This document shows, in pieces, positions 6,253 to 14,838 of a DNA stretch of 15,732 bases. Both the position numbers and the translations under genes were made by a program. Below the pieces are notes generated by a model. It saw nothing but the letters and a program-made list of their open reading frames with translations, had not been told where the DNA came from and did not search any database. This DNA is from Gammaproteobacteria bacterium. Lineage in GTDB: Bacteria; Pseudomonadota; Gammaproteobacteria; GCA-001735895. Within the stretch, counting starts at the first letter, position 1, and each line of letters starts with the position of its first letter. Location of the stretch: positions 1 through 15,732 of the forward strand of contig JBNKUM010000114.1 in NCBI GenBank assembly GCA_050298595.1, read 5' to 3'.

Positions 6253-8052
6253 ATGATTTCTCGTAGTCCACAGTCGCAGCCCCGCCTGCTATTCTCAAGC
6301 CTGGTTCTTCTAACGCCTTTCATATTAAGTGGCTGTTTCTCGGATGATGGCGAGCCCAAAAAGTCGGATCCAACTCAGGTCCCAACTCAGATCCCAGGTG
6401 AGGTCCCAACTCAGGTCCCAACTCAGCTCCCAACTCAGCTCCCAACTCAGATCCCAGGTGAGGTCCCAACTCAGGTCCCAACTCAGGTCCCAGGTGAGGT
6501 CCCAACTCAGATCCCAACTCAGGTCCCAACGCAGGTCCCAACTCAGGTCCCAACTCAGGTCCCAACTCAGGTCCCAACTCAGGTCCCAACTCAGGTCCCA
6601 ACGCAGGTCCCAACGCAGGTCCCAACGCAGGTCCCAGGTGAGGTCCCAACTCAGGTTCCAACACCGGTTACAACTCAGGGCAAGTTCCGTGTAAATCAAT
6701 CGGGTGTCATCACCAAAGATGGCGCTGAGTTGCCTATTCGATGTGGCGCCTGGTTTGGTTTAGAAGGTCAGCATGAGCCACCTGATGCAGAATATAACCC
6801 AGGCGGCGCTCCGTTAGAGCTTTTTTCGGGAAATATGTGGTGGAACCCAACAGGCCGTACTATTCAGCAAACCATGACTGAAATTAAGGCTCAAGGTTTC
6901 AACCTGATCCGTTTACCTATCGCTCCCCAAACACTTGATGCATCGGATCCACAAGGCAAGGGCTGGGCTCCAAATGGTGGTGCGTTGAAGAACGATCCAT
7001 CAATACAGCAAACAAATGCCCGTCAGGCACTGGAAGATTTCATCAAACTGGCCGACCAGAACGGTATCGACCTCATCATCGATATTCACTCCTGTTCCAA
7101 CTATGTTGGCTGGCGTGCTGGTCGTTTAGATGCGAAGCCTCCTTATGTGGATGCTAACCGCGAAGGTTACATTTACACCCGTGAAGAGCACTCCTGTTCT
7201 GCCTCAGGCAATCCATCTAGTGTGACCAGCGTGGCCGCTTATGACAAAACGAAGTGGTTAAACAACCTGAAAGAAATAGCTGGCCTACAGGCGAAGCTGG
7301 GTGTCGATAACATAATGGCTATCGATATCTTTAATGAGCCCTGGGAGTACACCTGGTCCGAGTGGAAGTCACTTGCAGAAGAGGCTTACCAGACCATCAG
7401 CTCAGTTAACGATGACGTATTGATCATGGTTGAAGGTATTGGTTCCGAGCTAAAAGACGGTACTCGCGTACCTAACGGTGACGAAGCATCTAACCCGAAC
7501 TGGGGTGAAAACTTCTACTCAGCAGCCAATGAACCACTGAACATTCCAAAAGAGCGTTTGGTGATCTCTCCACATACCTACGGTCCATCTGTGTTCGTTC
7601 AGCGACAATTCCTGGACCCTTCACAGTCTCAATGTAGCGGCCTTGACGGAGAAGAAGCAGGAGATGCTAAATGTAATATCGTTATTGATGCCGCAACCTT
7701 AAAAGCGAGTTGGGATGAGCACTTCGGCTACCTACATGATCAAGGTTACGCCATACTGATTGGCGAGTTCGGAGGTATGTGGGATTGGCCCAATGGCGCG
7801 AGCCAGGCGGATCGAAATCGCTGGAGCCATGTATCACCTGGTACTGATGGCGAATGGCAAACCATCCTTGTTGATTACGCAAAAGAGAAAAACATCAACG
7901 CGTGCTACTGGTCGATCAACCCGGAATCTGCCGATACAGGTGGTTTGTACGGTACTACTTATGATGCTGTTTCAAATAAATCAGGCTGGGGAACCTGGAC
8001 CAGCATCGACAACCGAAAAATGCAATTGTTGAAGCGATTATGGGGCCAGTAG
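6253..8052 (+). CDS. Lipoprotein GH5 cellulase/cellodextrinase (resembles Cellvibrio japonicus CelC-type GH5) with PTQV linker
   Basis: Lipobox LSGC. GH5 motifs WFGLEG, GFNLIRLP, IDIH, DIFNEP (acid/base Glu), SPHTYGP, IGEFGG (nucleophile Glu), YWSINPESADTGG. The similarity to CelC is from memory, not from a search. Start at ATG 6253 is inferred from the GGAG SD; the ORF track uses 6226. Confidence 0.92.
   Translation: MISRSPQSQPRLLFSSLVLLTPFILSGCFSDDGEPKKSDPTQVPTQIPGEVPTQVPTQLPTQLPTQIPGEVPTQVPTQVPGEVPTQIPTQVPTQVPTQVPTQVPTQVPTQVPTQVPTQVPTQVPTQVPGEVPTQVPTPVTTQGKFRVNQSGVITKDGAELPIRCGAWFGLEGQHEPPDAEYNPGGAPLELFSGNMWWNPTGRTIQQTMTEIKAQGFNLIRLPIAPQTLDASDPQGKGWAPNGGALKNDPSIQQTNARQALEDFIKLADQNGIDLIIDIHSCSNYVGWRAGRLDAKPPYVDANREGYIYTREEHSCSASGNPSSVTSVAAYDKTKWLNNLKEIAGLQAKLGVDNIMAIDIFNEPWEYTWSEWKSLAEEAYQTISSVNDDVLIMVEGIGSELKDGTRVPNGDEASNPNWGENFYSAANEPLNIPKERLVISPHTYGPSVFVQRQFLDPSQSQCSGLDGEEAGDAKCNIVIDAATLKASWDEHFGYLHDQGYAILIGEFGGMWDWPNGASQADRNRWSHVSPGTDGEWQTILVDYAKEKNINACYWSINPESADTGGLYGTTYDAVSNKSGWGTWTSIDNRKMQLLKRLWGQ
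6370..6669 (+). repeat. Coding 12-bp tandem repeat (25 units, CCAACTCAGGTC consensus = PTQV, with PGEV/PTQI/PTQL variants)
   Basis: Read directly from the sequence. Confidence 0.95.
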
Positions 8053-8067
8053 CGTCAATCCAGCAAC

Positions 8068-8101
8068 GCTACCAACCCAGGTTTCAACCTGGGTTGGTAG
8101 C
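8068..8101. terminator. Perfect 16-bp inverted repeat downstream of the GH5 gene (terminator or mRNA-stabilising stem)
   Basis: GCTACCAACCCAGGTT-tc-AACCTGGGTTGGTAGC. There is no clear U-tract. Confidence 0.55.
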
Positions 8102-8612
8102 CCGGATCTAACTATCATTTGTATTAAATCTGGTGCGCACAGTGAGAGGGTTACCGTCTATAAATTAATGGTTACCCTCTGCGGCCAAAAAGGAGTGGAG
8201 GAGAGTACCGTGATCACAGGCGGTTGCATTAATGATCAGATCTGACTGGGTTTGGTTTCTTAATTTTTGTGAGACTGGTATTCAGACAAGATTTTTGTAC
8301 GAGATGGTAGCAGTATTTTTAATGATTGCAGCGTAGAGGGTAGAACCGATTATATTTTTGATATCTCTACGGCTGTTTTTTGAAAACAGCGAAATTTATA
8401 AGAGTTATGCGGCAGCGCCAAATACGTGTGCTGGTGCGAAGTCAGGTATCGTGTTCCTGGGTGGTAAAGCAGATTGCACCTGGGAAAATAATGTCAACGT
8501 AGGTTTATAAAAAATTGTCATATTTTAATGGGGCAGAGTAAGTGGCTCTGACCTCTGAAGATTATCTCGATAATGATGTGCAGAATGTAAGGCTGAAAGA
8601 TGGAGTATGCAA

Positions 8613-11009
8613 GTGATTGCGCAGAGTAAAAAACAGGCACAGCCTCGATTGATATTCTCAAGCCTGGTTCTTCTGATGAATTTCATATTAAGTGGCTGTA
8701 GCCCGGTTGATGGTGCATACGAAGACACAGGTTCAGATACACTGACACCTACGCCAACGGTTACACCAACGCCAACGGATATACCGACGCCGAGTGCGTC
8801 TCACACAGCGTATGTTGTTCTTAAAGAAGCTGTTGTTGTCAACGGTACGACAAAGCTCACCTGGCAGATGTTTTATATCTTGCCCACATTGATTGAAATC
8901 TATCGAAACAATGATGATGACTGGACTGGGGCCGTCAGAATTGGTTCGATGAGAGGCGGCAACGAGTTTATCGACAACAATGTGATGCCCGGCTTGACCT
9001 ACTACTATTGGGTTAAGGTAACGAATGCCGACTCCATCGCTAGAGTTTCTAATATCGAGTCTGCCACCATTACGAGCAACTCAGAGACGCCGACACCGAT
9101 TCCAGTACCGCAATCAAATCTTTCAGCCTCGAGCTGTGATACGTCAGAATTACTGGCGTTCCCCTGCGCCGAAGGCTACGGAAAACATGCCAGTGGTGGT
9201 CGAGGAGGCAAGGTCTGTGAAGTCACCAACCTGAATAGTACCGGATCAGGCAGCTTTAAAGACTGTGCTTCAAAATCAGGAACCACTGTGGTATTCAGGG
9301 TTTCAGGCACCATAGAAGGTGGTGCAAGTGTTGCCGACAATGTGACTATCGCTGGCCAAACCGCACCGGGAGATGGTATTCAATTGAGAGGTGCATTAGA
9401 TATAGGTTCCAGTAATATAATAGTGCGTTATCTCAGGGTGAGATTAAAAGGTGGCGGAGATGCCATAGCAGGAGGACACGGTGACAAGAATATTATGCTA
9501 GACCATTTATCAGCCAGTTGGAGCACGGACGAAATCTTTTCAACCTACTTTAATAAAAACTTCACTATTCAATGGTCCATGATTACAGAGGCTAACTCTG
9601 GCGATCACAAGTTCGGCGGTATCTGGGGCAATGACAATAGCACCTACCACCACAATCTTTTCGCACATAACTCCGACCGTACCCCCCGTATTGCTTCGGG
9701 CTCCGGATTCAACGATGTGCGCAATAACGTGATCTACAACTGGAGCAACCTCGCCACCTACGGCTGTGAAGTACATCAAGTGGGTGATGCTAGTCGCGTG
9801 GGTTGTAGTACCAATGTTGTCGGCAATTATTATAAGGCGGGACCTGCAACGCCTGACGAGAACAAGACACGGATTATTATTCCAGCCTCGCGCACTGGTA
9901 ATAATGATTACGGCGACTTTTATGTGGCTGATAATTATCTATTTGGACATCCAGATGTGACTGCCGACAACTGGTTGGGTGTGATACCTCACTACCGGGG
10001 CAAAATCGAGCGAGACGTAGACGCAGTTGCAGGATTGAAGCTTGATTCACCGTCGACGTTTATGCCAATTAACCAGCAAACTGCAGAAGCGGCCTATCAA
10101 TCCGTTCTCGAGCACGCAGGTTGTTCAAAGCCCAATCGCGACTCGCATGATGCACGCATCGTAGAAGAAGTCCGCACGGGTACTGCCACCCATGGTAATG
10201 GTCATGTTAGCTCCCCGACCGAATTGCCGGTACTAAAAAGTACAACCCCCCCAGTCGACAGCGACCACGACGGCATGCCCGACGACTGGGAAAGAGCCAA
10301 TGGTCTTGACCCCAATAATGTCGAGGATAGAAACCAGACCTGGGGCCCAGGCTACACCATGCTTGAGAAGTACCTGAACAGCCTGGATAGCTTCCACGAT
10401 AGCAGCAGCAACAACGATAACAGCACCGGCAATACCCCGCCGGTTGCAAAAATCGGTGCCATTACACAGAAGATGCCGGGTCAGACAGTCATGCTGGATG
10501 GCAGTAGTTCTTCAGATCAGGATGGAGGCACACTCAGCTATCTATGGACTCAGATTCAGGGCGACACTATCAGTCTGGCTGAAAATTCAAATTCTACCCT
10601 CAGCTTTGTTGCGCCCGAGGTCACTCAGCCTACGCAGTACACTTTTCAGCTAACCGTGAACGACGGAGAACTCAGCAACGTAGCCAGCGTCACGGTGCGG
10701 GTGTCACCAGTTGGCTCCGTCGGGTTATGCGACACGGCTACGGAGGGCAATAGCCTGACGCTGAGCTGTCCCTCCGGACAGCTCATTACAGGGGTTAACT
10801 TCGCCAGCTACGGCACACCGAACGGTTCCTGCGGCTCATTCAGCACAGGTTCATGTAATGCCAATAGTTCGGAGTCGGTTGTTTCTACTGCCTGTAAAGG
10901 GAAGAATAATTGCACTGTGTATGCAGGTAACGACAAATTCGGTGACCCCTGTGAAGGTACGGTCAAGAAGCTGGCTGCAGATGTGGTCTGTGGTATGGCA
11001 ATTGACTGA
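8613..11009 (+). CDS. Lipoprotein: PT linker + FN3-like domain + PL1 pectate lyase + PKD-like + SUEL lectin
   Basis: Lipobox LSGC. FN3-like 'LTW...IYRN...FIDNNVMPGLTYYYWVK'. PL1 motifs AFPCAEGYG..ASGGRGG, VVFRVSGTI, TIAGQTAPGDGI, DHLSASWSTDE, HHNLFAHNSDRTPR, DVRNNVIYNW, DSDHDGMPDDWE..NGLDP. PKD-like ~10431-10710; SUEL ~10725-10991. The GTG 8613 start aligns with the paralog ATGs and the GGAG SD; the ORF track uses 8607. Confidence 0.92.
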   Translation: MIAQSKKQAQPRLIFSSLVLLMNFILSGCSPVDGAYEDTGSDTLTPTPTVTPTPTDIPTPSASHTAYVVLKEAVVVNGTTKLTWQMFYILPTLIEIYRNNDDDWTGAVRIGSMRGGNEFIDNNVMPGLTYYYWVKVTNADSIARVSNIESATITSNSETPTPIPVPQSNLSASSCDTSELLAFPCAEGYGKHASGGRGGKVCEVTNLNSTGSGSFKDCASKSGTTVVFRVSGTIEGGASVADNVTIAGQTAPGDGIQLRGALDIGSSNIIVRYLRVRLKGGGDAIAGGHGDKNIMLDHLSASWSTDEIFSTYFNKNFTIQWSMITEANSGDHKFGGIWGNDNSTYHHNLFAHNSDRTPRIASGSGFNDVRNNVIYNWSNLATYGCEVHQVGDASRVGCSTNVVGNYYKAGPATPDENKTRIIIPASRTGNNDYGDFYVADNYLFGHPDVTADNWLGVIPHYRGKIERDVDAVAGLKLDSPSTFMPINQQTAEAAYQSVLEHAGCSKPNRDSHDARIVEEVRTGTATHGNGHVSSPTELPVLKSTTPPVDSDHDGMPDDWERANGLDPNNVEDRNQTWGPGYTMLEKYLNSLDSFHDSSSNNDNSTGNTPPVAKIGAITQKMPGQTVMLDGSSSSDQDGGTLSYLWTQIQGDTISLAENSNSTLSFVAPEVTQPTQYTFQLTVNDGELSNVASVTVRVSPVGSVGLCDTATEGNSLTLSCPSGQLITGVNFASYGTPNGSCGSFSTGSCNANSSESVVSTACKGKNNCTVYAGNDKFGDPCEGTVKKLAADVVCGMAID

Positions 11010-11495
11010 ACCCCGGCCGACTCCAACTCTTGCTTCAGCTTCAAACCCGGAACCAACCACGAATCCAAAAGTCAGTGGGGATGCCGGTAGTAACTACGCT
11101 GTCGGAGGAAGGCTTCACTCCAAACTTGTTGTGGAGAACAAGTATTTCGAAGACATCGGTAAAGCGTTTACATATATGTACGATGAGGACGCTGCGGATT
11201 CAAGGATCATGAATTCACCTTTCGATTACCCGGGGGTGAACAATCAACTTTCCGCCCAGGACGCATTAAAGCACGTTACCAACAATGTAGGTGCTTCTTT
11301 GGTGCGGGATGCCGTGGATGAAATGTTGATCAGGCAAGTTTCATCCTATGGCATCGAAGGTCAGATAATTAACACAGAAGATGACAACGGGATTTCCGGA
11401 AATGTAGGCAGCGTGGCCAATGGGACCACAGCGACAGATTCCGATAGAGATGGCATGCCTGATGAGTGGGAAACGCAAGAGGGTTGAATCCTATG
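11003..11495 (+). pseudogene. Out-of-frame remnant: PT linker + fragments of pectate lyase C-terminal region(s)
   Basis: The +1 frame reads TEPRPTPT... then 'KLVVENKYFEDI' and 'SAQDALKHVTNNVGASLVRDAVD...DSDRDGMPDEWE', paralogous to the PL1 tail at ~10080-10310. There is no start/RBS and no catalytic core. After GGT TGA a frameshift restores G-L-N-P (GGG TTG AAT CCT). Confidence 0.7.
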
Positions 11496-11604
11496 AGGTG
11501 AGCAGTTTTCCCCGTTTCCTGTTGCCTGATTATGATATTCTCTGTTGTCATGTAGAGGAGTTACGTTTACTCTTACGCTACTTGAATATTCTATGGAGCA
11601 ACAC

Positions 11605-12381
11605 ATGGAGAATCTGGCGAATAACTTTTCCCAATACTTCATGCCCTGCTATGCCGCTTCATGTCATCAAAAACGCTTTGCTTACAGTATTCGCTATAAG
11701 GTCTACGTGGAGGAGTTAGGCTGGGAGCCGTTCAATTCCACTCGTCTAGAAACTGACCACCACGACAGCTATGCACACACATGCTTGCTTAAACATAAGC
11801 GCACTGGAGATATGGCTGGCTGTGTTCGCCTGGTGGTGCCTCAAACCGGAAAAACCGATATCTGTCTTCCGTATCAAATGCATCGCATTGAGAAGATCGA
11901 TAGCACTAATTTAAGGCGACATTCCCCAACTGAAGTCGGAGAAATCTCACGTCTGGCGGTACCTGGCCATTTTCGACGTAGAGCCAATGAGCAGGGTAAA
12001 CCCTTCATTTTGGAGCACAGCAAAAGCAGCACGTTTTTTAACGAGGAAGAACGGCAAAATTTCCCCTATATTGCAATCGGTCTTTACCTGTCAGCTATCG
12101 CCATGGTTGACCTTTGCGATCTGAAGCTGGTACTGGTTGTGATGGAGCCAAGGCTGCAACGTCATTTGAAGCGCTACGGAATCTGCTTCCATCAAATCAG
12201 CGATGCATTTGAATTCAGGGGACAACGTGCTCTTTTCGAGTTGCCACGCAGAAAATTAACTCAACACATGAGCAGTAATGTTAAAGAACTCTACGAACTG
12301 ATACTCATGACCCTGATGGGTCAACCCTGGCAACACCCTCAAACCAACCTTCAAGTACAGTTGTCCAATGACTCGTTTTGA
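11605..12381 (+). CDS. PEP-CTERM/exosortase-system-associated acyltransferase (GNAT-type N-acyl amino acid synthase family)
   Basis: 'AYSIRYKVYVEELGWE...LETDHHDSYAHTCLLKH...AGCVRLV...EISRLAV..HFRRR..E...RQNFPYIAIGLY...VMEPRLQRHLKRYGICFHQI'. Start 11605 is inferred from GGAG at 11595; 11593 is an alternative. Confidence 0.82.
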   Translation: MENLANNFSQYFMPCYAASCHQKRFAYSIRYKVYVEELGWEPFNSTRLETDHHDSYAHTCLLKHKRTGDMAGCVRLVVPQTGKTDICLPYQMHRIEKIDSTNLRRHSPTEVGEISRLAVPGHFRRRANEQGKPFILEHSKSSTFFNEEERQNFPYIAIGLYLSAIAMVDLCDLKLVLVVMEPRLQRHLKRYGICFHQISDAFEFRGQRALFELPRRKLTQHMSSNVKELYELILMTLMGQPWQHPQTNLQVQLSNDSF

Positions 12382-13228
12382 CTACAATACTGCCTTCTCG
12401 CGCAACATTGGCTGGGTCAGCGAAGCAGAGCAACAACGATTACGCAACGCACGTGTCGCTATCGCAGGCATGGGCGGGGTGGGCGGCAGTCATCTACTGA
12501 CCCTGACACGCCTGGGTGTTGGTCATTTCAACCTTGCGGATTTCGACACATTTGAGGTTGAAAATTTCAATCGGCAAGCGGGCGCAAACCTGTGCACTGT
12601 TGGCAGACCAAAGCTCGATTGTTTGATCGAAGCAGCACTCGCTATTAACCCTGAGCTCGATATTGAGCCATTTCCTCAGGGCGTCTTGCCGGATCAGACT
12701 GTGGAGTTTCTTCAGGACTGCGATATTTATATAGACGGTCTCGACTTTTTTGCCCTGAAGGCCAGGCGGGCAGTATTTGCCAGCTGTCATGAGCTGGGTA
12801 TACCAGCCATCACGGCCGCCCCGCTGGGAATGGGATCGGCACTGCTAAATTTTCTACCGGGAAAAATGACTTTCGAGAACTATTTTCAAATGCAGGGGCA
12901 GGGAGAATACCAACAATATCTGCGCTTTCTGGTGGGGCTTGCTCCCGCCCGCTTACACGCCCCTTATCTTGTGCTTCCAGAGAGTATCGATCTGGCGGCT
13001 AAAAAGGGGCCGTCCACCCCGATGGGGTGTGAGTTGTGTGCAGGCATTGCTGCAACTCAGGCGCTCAAGCTATTGCTTGGTCGAGGCAAGGTTCTTGCCG
13101 CCCCCTGGGGCTTGCAGTTTGATGCCTATCAAAATCAACTACGTCGCACCTGGCGCCCTGGCGGTAATCGCCACCCCTTGCAACGGCTCGCTATCTGGTT
13201 CGGAGAACGTCAGTTGAAGCTTCCCTAG
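12368..13228 (+). CDS. ThiF/MoeB/HesA-family (E1-like) adenylyltransferase
   Basis: 'FSRNIGWVSEAEQQRLRNARVAIAGMGGVGG...LTRLGVGHFNLADFDTFEVENFNRQ'. Overlaps the upstream acyltransferase by 14 bp, consistent with translational coupling. Confidence 0.9.
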   Translation: MTRFDYNTAFSRNIGWVSEAEQQRLRNARVAIAGMGGVGGSHLLTLTRLGVGHFNLADFDTFEVENFNRQAGANLCTVGRPKLDCLIEAALAINPELDIEPFPQGVLPDQTVEFLQDCDIYIDGLDFFALKARRAVFASCHELGIPAITAAPLGMGSALLNFLPGKMTFENYFQMQGQGEYQQYLRFLVGLAPARLHAPYLVLPESIDLAAKKGPSTPMGCELCAGIAATQALKLLLGRGKVLAAPWGLQFDAYQNQLRRTWRPGGNRHPLQRLAIWFGERQLKLP

Positions 13229-13356
13229 CAAGCGCCCAAGCCTGTTAACCCGGCACAGTAATTCCTGAGTTAAACAAAATAAGTCCTGGCCAACTCCAGT
13301 GTATTGTGACGGCTAAGGCAAGCTCTCGCCCCGTAGAGATCTGAGTTTTTTATAAT

Positions 13357-13730
13357 CCTGGAATTCGCAGGTGGACGAGTTGTAGTGCGTTTGCGGTGGT
13401 GTAGATGCGGAATGGCGGGCTATTCCAGGGATTACAAAGCTTCCGCGTCCTGATCACGCCCCTTACCTATGTCCCTATAAGTAACACGGAGATACGCCGC
13501 CGCAAAAGTGCAATTCAGCTCGTAGCGGGATTCACCTATTTGGTTTTAAGCATGGGTGCTGTTATTTCGAGAATCCAAGGACGCCTATATGGACGTAGGT
13601 GGTACGAGCTCAAGGATGAGCGGAAGAGGTTAGAGCCGATGCATAGGAGCGTGAAAAGAGATATAGACTGTAATGCTCGACAAAACAGTGAGTTATCTTC
13701 TAATACGAGCGGTCAACTGCGGAATCCAGG
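13357..13730. mobile_element. MITE copy B (374 bp)
   Basis: Ends CCTGGAATTCGCAG / CTGCGGAATCCAGG. Flanked by ATAAT at 13352-13356 and 13731-13735. Internal sequence is homologous to copy A. Confidence 0.8.
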
Positions 13731-13735
13731 ATAAT

Positions 13736-14838
13736 GCTTTGTAATGTAACAAAAGACCATATGTTCGCCCTCAATAGAATCGGCATTTGAAAGGTCTGCC
13801 TAAGAAGCCTGTTTGATGAATTATCTCGCAGTGTAAAAATCGCAATAAAATTAAAGAAAAGCTGTTGAATTTGTCACAAAATATCTTCGTAAGAATGGTT
13901 TTGTTGGGTAAATATAAAGCTGATATTGATAGTATTTTGACGTCATTTATGGCTCAGTGTTAGCAATGCTATTTTAAAGGGGTGCGAGTAAATGTGATGT
14001 ATACATTGCAGATTTTAGGACTTTTTTTCTGCAAAAAAATTTATGCTATGGCTGTCATAATTAAGCTGGATTTTACGTGCTTTTAGAACCCCTGATCTAC
14101 AGGCAAACTACAGCCTGGGTCCTGTCTCTGATCATAGAACTCTCACCGAATCATCATCTAAAGAACAGTTGTTACTCGACCTGATTCAAAGGGTTGTTGG
14201 CGTTAAAAGGTCTGCTTAAGGTTTGTGCGGAAAGTCACAATAAAAATTTTCGTTATTGTGTGTTTCGGTATTCTTTAAGAAAAATACATTGATAATTTTA
14301 ATGCCAAATATTTAATTTTCGCGTTCACTATAAAAGCTTTCATGTTCTGGATGTTGAGTTATAGCGCGTTTTTACAGGCTTAAAAAGAGTCTCAGGTATA
14401 GCGCTGATCAATAGAGGTGTATCTAAATTTATATGAAAGGAGGCAGAGTTAATTGGGCGCTTAAGAAAATGTGAAATCGAGTTGATATCGGTGATGAATT
14501 GATGGGCATAAGAGAACTCCGGAATATTAATAGTCAACAGGGGGTAATGAATTTATTATAAATGGGCAGCGTGGAGTGAGCATGTGTTTTTATCAGATAT
14601 ATTTTGATCACAGTAAATCTCGATCTAATTAACCACGCTTGAAGAAAGGAGATAGAGTGTATAGCATAATATAGTCAGTTGCTTTGGGCAACTTTCAAAA
14701 AAAGGCAAAAAGAGCTCTTCAAAAATCAGGAATTAGAATCCTGAACGTGCTTTAGAGGGCTATTAGCTTTAAATATATTGTTTTGCGTTAATGTTGCAAC
14801 CAGGCCTGTCTATGCGCAATACCAGATGGAGTGTTCAA
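13736..14838 (+). promoter_or_regulatory. Conserved ~1-kb non-coding leader, copy 3
   Basis: Colinear homology to copies 1 and 2 (e.g. GTAACAAAAGACC.TATG at ~598 and ~13746). Promoter TTGAAG(14639)-N17-TAGCAT(14662). Confidence 0.85.

Noticed and set aside
10858-11487. 209-aa ORF as an intact gene
   Set aside because: The first ~48 codons are an alternate frame of the SUEL domain, and the rest is a partial lyase tail without a catalytic core. Treated as a pseudogene.
13405-13734. 109-aa ORF as a transposase or small protein
   Set aside because: It lies within MITE B, has no recognisable motif, and the equivalent region in copy A is disrupted by indels and the tandem amplification.
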